A DNA stretch of 32,953 bases from the NCBI GenBank assembly GCA_024626585.2, contig JANKJI020000004.1:21434036-21466988 (forward strand), in the 5' to 3' direction. The notes under the pieces are model-generated. The model had not been told where the DNA came from and searched no databases. It saw nothing but the letters and a program-made list of their open reading frames with translations. Positions 24,603 through 32,953 of the stretch are shown piece after piece. The position numbers were made by a program, and so were the translations under genes. The DNA is from Ginkgo biloba. Lineage: Eukaryota; Plantae; Ginkgophyta. How positions within the stretch are numbered: the stretch's first letter is position 1; each line of letters begins with the position of its first letter.

Positions 24603-24876
24603 CTTGATGTTTAACTGTTTCCTTTCCATTGTCAGAAAAACCTCGACCTTCCTCTGTGACCACATGTATCAAGACTGGTCCTGTCGAATGTGTAGATTTG
24701 ACTTCCCGCAGGATACTCACAAGATCGCTGATGTTATGCCCATCAACTGGCCCAATATAATAAAGCCCAAGCTCCTCAAAAAGAGTTGACCCTGATGGAC
24801 CAATCATCCCACGTGCATACTCATCAACTTTAGCTGCCCATGCATGCATCCCCCCACCAATTTTCTTGGTGACACC
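24603..24876 (-). CDS. DXS: DXS-family (class-3-like) internal exon, first exon visible in window
   Basis: Acceptor cag|GGT at 24877/24876. Translates [91 protein letters not shown]. Donor G|gtagct (phase 1). [17 protein letters not shown] is a plant DXS hallmark. Confidence 0.96.
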
Positions 24877-25044
24877 CTGACAGACATATAGAGAGAATAT
24901 CTGTCAGCTACTGAATTTATCATGTAGTGATCTGACTCACTGACTATAATAACAATAAAACATTTCCATACTGACAATACAGAACCAATTTATTCCTATA
25001 CTGACATACTCACAAAACAAAAGATATTTCACTCTTTGGACAAC

Positions 25045-27162
25045 AGATGAAGATGAAGCAACCTGGGTGGTCTTATTTACAAAGTAATTCGTTAAGAATG
25101 TGAGAGTGACCGGTGTATGTTATGCATTGATTTCTAAAGAAGTCAAGAATGAAAAGTAATGGAGATGCCAAGAAAAGTGAGAAGATTATTGCAAGAATTC
25201 AAAGATGTAGCCTAGAAGAGCTTCCAACAAGATTAGCATCGGACAGGGGCATATCACATCGAATTGATCTTATTATGAGATTGAGCTTATCAAATCAAGT
25301 AGATTATAGGTTAATCCTGACTAAGAATGAAGAAAGGAATTGGAAAATGCAATAGTTTCTTGATAGGAAATTTATCAAAGAAAGATTGAGTCCATCTATG
25401 AATCCATCTCTTTTAGTTCTAAAGAAATATGGTTCATGGAGAATGTGTGTTGACTCCAGGGCAATGAACTAGATCACAATCAGGTATATATTTCCTATGC
25501 CAAGGATGGATGATATTATAGATTGTTTGGCCANNNNNNNNNNNNNNNNNNNNNNNNNNNNNNNNNNNNNNNNNNNNNNNNNNNNNNNNNNNNNNNNNNN
25601 NNNNNNNNNNNNNNNNNNNNNNNNNNNNNNATGAGTGGAGAGTAATGCCATTTAGTTTGACAAGAGAACCAAGAACTTTTATGAGGTTGATGAACATTGT
25701 TCTAAAGATGCTCATTAGTAAGATTGTTGTGGTTTATTTAGATGATATTTTAGTCTTTAGTCATTCATTGGAAGAGAACATGCAATAACTTTGACAAGTA
25801 TTGGATATACTCTGTCAGCAAAGATTGTTTGTTAATCTAGAGAAGTGTAATTTTTGTCAAAAAGAGCTAAAGTATATTGGTTTTGTCATTTTGGGAGATG
25901 GTCTAAAGATGGACCCTGAGAAGATTAAACCATTTTGGAGTGACCAGTTCCTTGGAATATGATAGATGATAGGAGTTTCTATGGATTGGCTAGTTTCTAC
26001 TGGAATTTTGTTAGGAACTTTAGTGCTATTGTGTCACCCATGACCAAATGCACCAAGGGGAAAGTATTTTAATAGACCAATGTTGTGCAATGCAATTTTG
26101 AATTTCTCAAGTAGAAGACAATTAAAGCACCCATGCTTGCATTACCATACTTCAATAAAATCTTTGAAGTAGAATGTGACGCATCAGGCATTGGGATCAG
26201 AGTCATGCTTAGTCAAGAAGGCTGACTCGTGCCTTATTTCAATGAGAAAGTAAATGAAGCCAAAAGAAATTATTCAACGTATGATATGGAGTTTTATGCC
26301 ATGATGTAGACTTTGAAGTATTGACATCATTATTTAATGTCGAAAGAGTTCATACTATATATTGATCATTAAGTTTATTAATTCCCAAGGTAAGATGAGC
26401 GCCCGACATTCTAAGTGTGTAGAAACTCTTTTGTTTTAAAGCATAAATCAGGAAAAGAAAATCGAGTAGCGGATGCTTTAAGTTGGAGGACATCTTTGTT
26501 GATTACCATGACAAGCGAAGTCATTGGATTTGAGTCCATCAAAGACATGTATGCAGAAGACAAAGATTTTTGACAAGCATTTGAGTACTTATAGTTCCCA
26601 GCATTGAATAAAATCAATCTATATATAGAGTGCTTCATGCAAGATGGGTATTTATTTAAAGGCCGACAATTGTGCATACCTGATTGTTCTATGAGGGAGA
26701 ATATCATTAAATAATTGCACAATTGAGGTCTAGGAGGATACTTCATTTGTGACAAGACCATTGCATTGGAGGAGGACATATAATATTGGCTAGGATTAAA
26801 GAAATAGATGAGAAAATTCATTGAGTGTTATAGAATTTTCTAGGTAGACAAAGGACAATCACAAAATACAGGGTTGTACAAACCATTTCCTCTTCTATAC
26901 GTGCCATGGGTTAATATTTCTATGGACTTTGTGTTGGGATTGCCTAACACCTAAAGAGGAAATGATTTAGTGTTCATGGTCATGGATATATTTTTGAAGA
27001 TGGCTCATTTTATCCCATCCAAGAAGACTAACAACGTGAGTAAGATGGTTGAGATTTTCTTTAAAGAAGTTGTTAGATTAAATGGACTACCTAGAAGCAT
27101 CACCTTTGATAGAGATAATAAATTCTTGAGTCACTTTTGGAGGACTCTGTGGAAGAAGCTTT
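25045..27162 (+). pseudogene. Ty3/Gypsy pol relic (RT, RNase H, integrase)
   Basis: [123 protein letters not shown]. Order is RT-RH-IN. Many stops. Confidence 0.95.
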
Positions 27163-28135
27163 NNNNNNNNNNNNNNNNNNNNNNNNNNNNNNNNNNNNNN
27201 NNNNNNNNNNNNNNNNNNNNNNNNNNNNNNNNNNNNNNNNNNNNNNNNNNNNNNNNNNNNNNTTAAAAATGTAAAAACATGCCTTATGTAGTCTTCTTTC
27301 AACTCCCCTTTTGCTTTGCTTATCTGGGCACCAGTAGGAGTGATGGGTGGGTACATCAAGAGGAATTGGTTGGGGCAGTGTTTTAGGTTTCTACAATTTT
27401 TTAACATAATTTTTTTTCCTTTTACAATGACCAGATACATGGGGTTGGTCAGTCAGAGCATTGACCATGACCAACTTTGAAATTTAGAAAAAGTAGAGTG
27501 TTTAATCACTGCCAAGAAAAAAAAACATTCAAACAGCAGTTTTTTCATTATTTATTGCTTCTACAGTTCCAAGCCAGTTGTATTCAGAGTTCCATACAAC
27601 TCACAACATTGTCAGAATATATCACTGTGAGTACAAATTCTTCCAGTTCCAGAACTTCAGTCCTTTAAGTGACACCTGAATTATCTGGCTTCAAAATAAG
27701 CAAAAAGGTTCAATAAAATCATATAATATTAGTGACAGAATCACTTGCAATCATAGTATGCATGTTCAGAAAAAAGGAGAAATGGTAAAACTGAAAAAAG
27801 GGTGAAATTCAATCAGAAAAAAAGAAAAAAGGGTAAAAACGTTANNNNNNNNNNNNNNNNNNNNNNNNNNNNNNNNNNNNNNNNNNNNNNGAGTCACCTA
27901 GAAACCATTTTAGAAGATAAACCTGGGAAATGTTTCATTGGATTTTAGATATAGTTTAGTCCTAATTTAATCTTCACTATTGTTATTTTATATAACCAAA
28001 AACTAGGGTGGGGTCTGCATGGTCAAAATTTTGACTACAGCCCACATCAAAAGACAAATAGGGCCATTTATTTGGCCAAAGTTTAAAAAATGTAATAAAT
28101 GGCTTCTTTTTCCAAGAACGTTTTCTCGTGTGCTT

Positions 28136-28520
28136 ATAATAATCAGTGCAACGAATTCATCATTTGCAAGGTGTCAAGTAGAATCAAATTATGCATTTAC
28201 AGTATGCTTATTAACAACGGTTGTTGTGGGAGTTATGTTGCACTCCTTGTTGTAGTGAACCTTTAGGGTTTCATTACTCTAAATCCACAAATACATGCAA
28301 AACATCACAAATATAATAGCATGTCAGAAATACTATAAACAAGATAATTGAATATTTTTTTGCTACCCTGCCTACAATAATTTGTGCACTGAATTCATCA
28401 TTTGCAAGAACCAAATTATGTGTTTACAGTATACTTGTTAACAAGGAAAATTATGTGATTTATGTTGTACTCCTCCTTATAGTGAACCTTTAGGGTTTCA
28501 ATATCTAAATCCACAAAACA
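28136..28520. repeat. Imperfect tandem duplication, ~240 bp period
   Basis: gaattcatcatttgcaag...aaattatg..tttacagtat.ctt.ttaacaa.g...ttatgttg.actcct...tagtgaacctttagggtttca..ctaaatccacaaa at ~28150 and ~28390. Confidence 0.85.
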
Positions 28521-28664
28521 ATGGCAAATATCATGAATGCAATACCATGCACATGAGAATTACTNNNNNNNNNNNNNNNNNNNNNNNNNNNNNNNNNNNN
28601 NNNNNNNNNNNNNNNNNNNNNNNNNNNNNNNNNNNNNNNNNNNNNNNNNNNNNNNNNNNNNNNN

Positions 28665-29760
28665 AAGAAACAAGAGAAATAATCATTAGTAGAGATGTTA
28701 AATTTGATGAGACACAAAGGAGTGAAACATCTCAAGTTTATAAAAATAATAAAGGAAAAGAAAAAGTAATTGAAGAAGAAGATAGAAATACAAGTATCAT
28801 TGGCATTCCTTCTAGTAGTAACAACTTGGATGATGAACTAAGTACCAATGTTACCCCATAAGTAAGGAAGAATCCTACTTGGGTAAGAAAAATAATTGAA
28901 GCATAAAAACTTGAAAGTATACTAACAGATCAAGGAGTGAAAACTAGAAGTATGAGGCAAAGACAAAGAGTCAATCTAACTCTCATATAATGCATACAAA
29001 ATACACAAGAACCTTCTACATTTGAAGAATCTAAGGAAGAGAATTTTTGGAAGGAAGAAATGGATGGGGATTATACCTCTTTAATGAAAAATAATACTTG
29101 AAATATTATTGAATTACCAAAAGGAAAGAAACACATAAGAGTAAAGTGGGTGTATAAAATAAAATACAACTCAGATGGTGAGATCGAAATATATAAATCA
29201 AGGTTGGTGGCAAAGGGTTATGACCAAAAAGAGGGAATTAATTACAATGGAACCTTTGCACCAAAACAAAGATGAATACCATTAGAATGGTATTTTCTAT
29301 AACAGTAATCAAATATTAGATAATACATCAAAGGGATGTTAAGTGTGCCTTTTTATAAGGAGAAATAAATGAATAATATTATGTGGGACAACCATAATGT
29401 TATGAAGATAAATGAAATGAAAACTATGTTTGCAAATTGAACAAAGCTTTATATGATTTAAAATAATCCCCTAGGGATTGGTATACTAAAATTGATGACT
29501 AATAAAGGATAATTAACTTTTAAAAAGAGTCCAAATGATCCAAACCTTTACATATTACATAATGAAACTGATATTGTTATACTAATTGTTTATGTTGATG
29601 ATTTACTCATTGCAGGAAATAACAATGACAAGATTGAATACGTCAAAGGAAATTTAAGTAAATAATTTGATATGAATGACATTGGCTTAATGCATTATTG
29701 TCTCAGTATTGAATTTTAGAAGAAGGATGAAGGGATATTCATATCATAAAGATGATATGT
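28665..29760 (+). pseudogene. Ty1/Copia pol relic (integrase tail + reverse transcriptase)
   Basis: [106 protein letters not shown]. Order is IN-RT. Confidence 0.95.
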
Positions 29761-32700
29761 TAACATTGCCAGCACTTTGCTGGTGAAGATTACTCTAAAC
29801 AAAGTTTGTTTGTGCAATAATACCTTTGAAGTTTGAACCTATTTTTGGAGTTTCCATCCTCTTCCTTCATAAGTTGTCCAATTTTTCATTTGTTTGTAGT
29901 GTCAACTTCACACTTACACTTAATTTAGCACTATCCCCAATTTGTGTGTGGGTGTTGCTTATGTTTCCTTCATTGAATATTATAATGTTTCTTATATTCC
30001 ATGCTTCCTCAATAATCTCGTTTGAGATGATCCAATAGATCCATTTGAAGATGGGTTATGTTTTGTGTATTTTATTCATTCTTTTCCTTGGTTAATGAAC
30101 CATTTTGTTCATTTGATATCTTTTGGAAATATTGGTGCTATACTTGTTAAGACTTAAAGATTGTGCCAACTTGTTTATGTAGCTTTCATTTCTTGAAAAT
30201 TTGTTGGGTGCTCTCTTCATGTTGACCTATAGTTGACCAAAGGTGACATTCAATGAATGGAGTCTAATAATCATGTAATTTTGAAGTTTTATTATCAAGA
30301 AATTTTGTTGCAGTGATTTCTTATTTCCATTAACATGCAATATCAGAATTAGGGGTTATCCTAATGTGTCTTTATGTAAATTTGATATTTACAATTGAAA
30401 ACATAGTTGTTAATGACAAGATACTAAAATCAAGATTAAAATAACAACTAAATTTGCTTGCTACGTTATGGGAATTCCCAAAACCCAAATAATGTGAAAT
30501 CTTTTTGAATTTGACTATTTTAAACTAAACTTCCTAAAAGGGCAAAAGAAGTTTCAAAAATTGCACAAAATATTGGCAAAAATACATTTGTTTCTATCAC
30601 ACCCCTAGAAGAAATTTTAAAAATCAACTACAAAAATTGTGCCATCTTTTACGAGTGATTACAAGGCCATACAATGGCCAATTTCAACACTCCTTATATG
30701 ATTATAGCATAGTAGAATTTGTAATTTCCAAATTTGTAAAATAGTTTCAAAAAATTGTGAATTTGGTGCCACAAACGTCGCAATTACAGGCAAACCCTCC
30801 AAAGGGCCTCAAAGTTGTAATTGGACTTGCATTAAGCTTTCTGAGGGCATACAAAATCCAAAACAACTCGAGTGCCTTTTGATTTTGTATGCCTTGATGT
30901 CTAATTTCGAGTCTGCAAAACAAATCCACAAAATTGGTCGAATTTCTCACCTAGATTGACATTTTTTTCAAAATTCCTCCAAAATAGGTCAAAAGAGCTA
31001 ACTTTTAACTCAACTTCAATTGCATTTTCCAAGAGCTTTCATAATCAAACCANNNNNNNNNNNNNNNNNNNNNNNNNNNNNNNNNNNNNNNNNNNNNNNN
31101 NNNNNNNNNNNNNNNNNNNNNNNNNNNNNNNNNNNNNNNNNNNNNNNNNNNNNNNNNNNNNNNNNNNNNNNNNNNNNNNNNNNNNNNNNNNNNNNNNNNN
31201 NNNNNNNNNNNNNNNNNNNNNNNNNNNNNNNNNNNNNNNNNNNNNNNNNNNNNNNNNNNNNNNNNNNNNNNNNNNNNNNNNNNNNNNNNNNNNNNNNNNN
31301 NNNNNNNNNNNNNNNNNNNNNNNNNNNNNNNNNNNNNNNNNNNNNNNNNNNNNNNNNNNNNNNNNNNNNNNNNNNNNNNNNNNNNNNNNNNNNNNNNNNN
31401 NNNNNNNNNNNNNNNNNNNNNNNNNNNNNNNNNNNNNNNNNNNNNNNNNNNNNNNNNNNNNNNNNNNNNNNNNNNNNNNNNNNNNNNNNNNNNNNNNNNN
31501 NNNNNNNNNNNNNNNNNNNNNNNNNNNNNNNNNNNNNNNNNNNNNNNNNNNNNNNNNNNNNNNNNNNNNNNNNNNNNNNNNNNNNNNNNNNNNNNNNNNN
31601 NNNNNNNNNNNNNNNNNNNNNNNNNNNNNNNNNNNNNNNNNNNNNNNTGGCTCTCACACTTTTGTTTTGTTAGTTATATCATATTCCCTCTCTATAACAT
31701 AAATGACATGTCCCTTCATATTAAATGGCATGTCCTTCCAAGTGATTGTTCATTAAATGCCCATTATTACATCATTTAATACTCCTAATAAATGCTTCAT
31801 TAATTCTTGTCAATTGATGCACATTAATAGTGCCTTAATTACCCTCAATGCGTCACTATTGCCCTAAAATTGTCTTATTTGTGTTGCTTTTTCCATGCCA
31901 TAGATTGCACTGTGCAAACAATTCCTATAAGTTGTACAAATGGTTGTATGAACTTCCATGTAGATTGTATGGGCATCTATACGGTTGTTTGCATGCCCTC
32001 ACAATTGCTCCAATTCTATTGATTGTCTATTCTTTAAATTATTGCAGCATTATTGTAGCATCAATTGTGGCTTTCATACTTTGTGATCATTATATCTTGA
32101 TTATTGACATCAAATTGCAATAAATGTGTATCATTATGGTTTTGTTGATGTCATAAAATATGGCCTAAATGTGCAATGGACTTTGTAATAAATGCGCCTT
32201 TGAGTATAATATTCTTTAGGTATTGTTGATGTCAACATCTTTGTATAGGTCTGAATTTCGCCGCTAATTCCTCTTGGCTTCATGCAACCACGTTGCCCAG
32301 CTATGTCATTAGGTTGCCACTTCCTCACTAAAACGTGGCGCGATCAACCTACTAACATTTCACAAAACACTATTATCGTGACTATCCTCACTCAAGTAAG
32401 ATGAGCAAAAGTTTCTAATTTTATAGGGAGAGCTCAGGTAAGGGATTTTGGTTATTAGCATTGGTCCCCATCCACAAACAATACCTAAGCTACAAATTTA
32501 CCCTTAACGCGCATACCATTACCGCATTTCTTGAAGGAGAATGCCACATTCTCCCCTAACCAAATTGTCCTCAAATTGACCCTTGCCTTGTAAGGGGGGT
32601 AGTAGCTAGTCATCACAAAATGATAAACTGGAAAGTAGCCCTTTGGTCTTAAGATTTTCTTATTTTTATTTCATTTTGATTATCTTTCAAAGTTTTATGG

Positions 32701-32953
32701 ATTTTGTTGTGTAATATAGCAACGTCTATGGAGCAATTGCTTTGCCACAAGAGTGATCAATCTACTTCATACAACTCCCGTTTACCAATTTCAGTAATTA
32801 TTTGTTGTCAAGTTGTCATAATTGTTTTGATCCATTCTCATACAAGTGATGAATGATACACGTCCCAAGCCATTGCATTTTTTATTTACACTTTATCACC
32901 TTTGCTAAATATTAGGGCCTTGATGTGACAATCGTGCCATGCCTTTTGCCATT

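Larger units (their letters stand above)
24877..32953 (-). other. Upstream DXS intron (>8 kb, donor beyond the window or inside a gap)
   Basis: Acceptor at 24877-24878. No upstream DXS exon (expected to end ...LRELREVAK-like) was recognised in the remaining readable sequence. Confidence 0.65.

Noticed and set aside
29760-32953. Possible DNA-transposon remnants or missing upstream DXS exons
   Set aside because: No DXS motif (GDG...NDN, PVGALS) or transposase motif could be recognised in the readable sequence.

Overview
AT-rich, gap-riddled plant nuclear DNA; the very long TE-filled introns and repeat style suggest a gymnosperm/conifer-type genome (inference). The only host gene I can support is the 3' half of a 1-deoxy-D-xylulose-5-phosphate synthase (DXS) family gene on the minus strand. 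It has five GT-AG exons (24876-24603, 24427-24120, 7888-7607, 7505-7208, 7121-6972), a ~16.2 kb intron, and a further intron of >8 kb running off the right edge, so the N-terminal exons lie outside the window. The protein mixes class-3 (DXS3/DXS-like) signatures with class-1-type motifs. It has lost the TPP-binding Lys and the catalytic-loop His, and this is the best candidate for something functionally new here. The rest is decayed mobile DNA: an old LTR-bounded Ty3/Gypsy element lacking integrase, a second Gypsy pol relic, a Ty1/Copia pol relic, a short LTR element with a near-perfect TSD, a textbook 365-bp non-autonomous Helitron with a probable second one beside it, and several local tandem duplications. 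I found no convincing multi-gene novel system.
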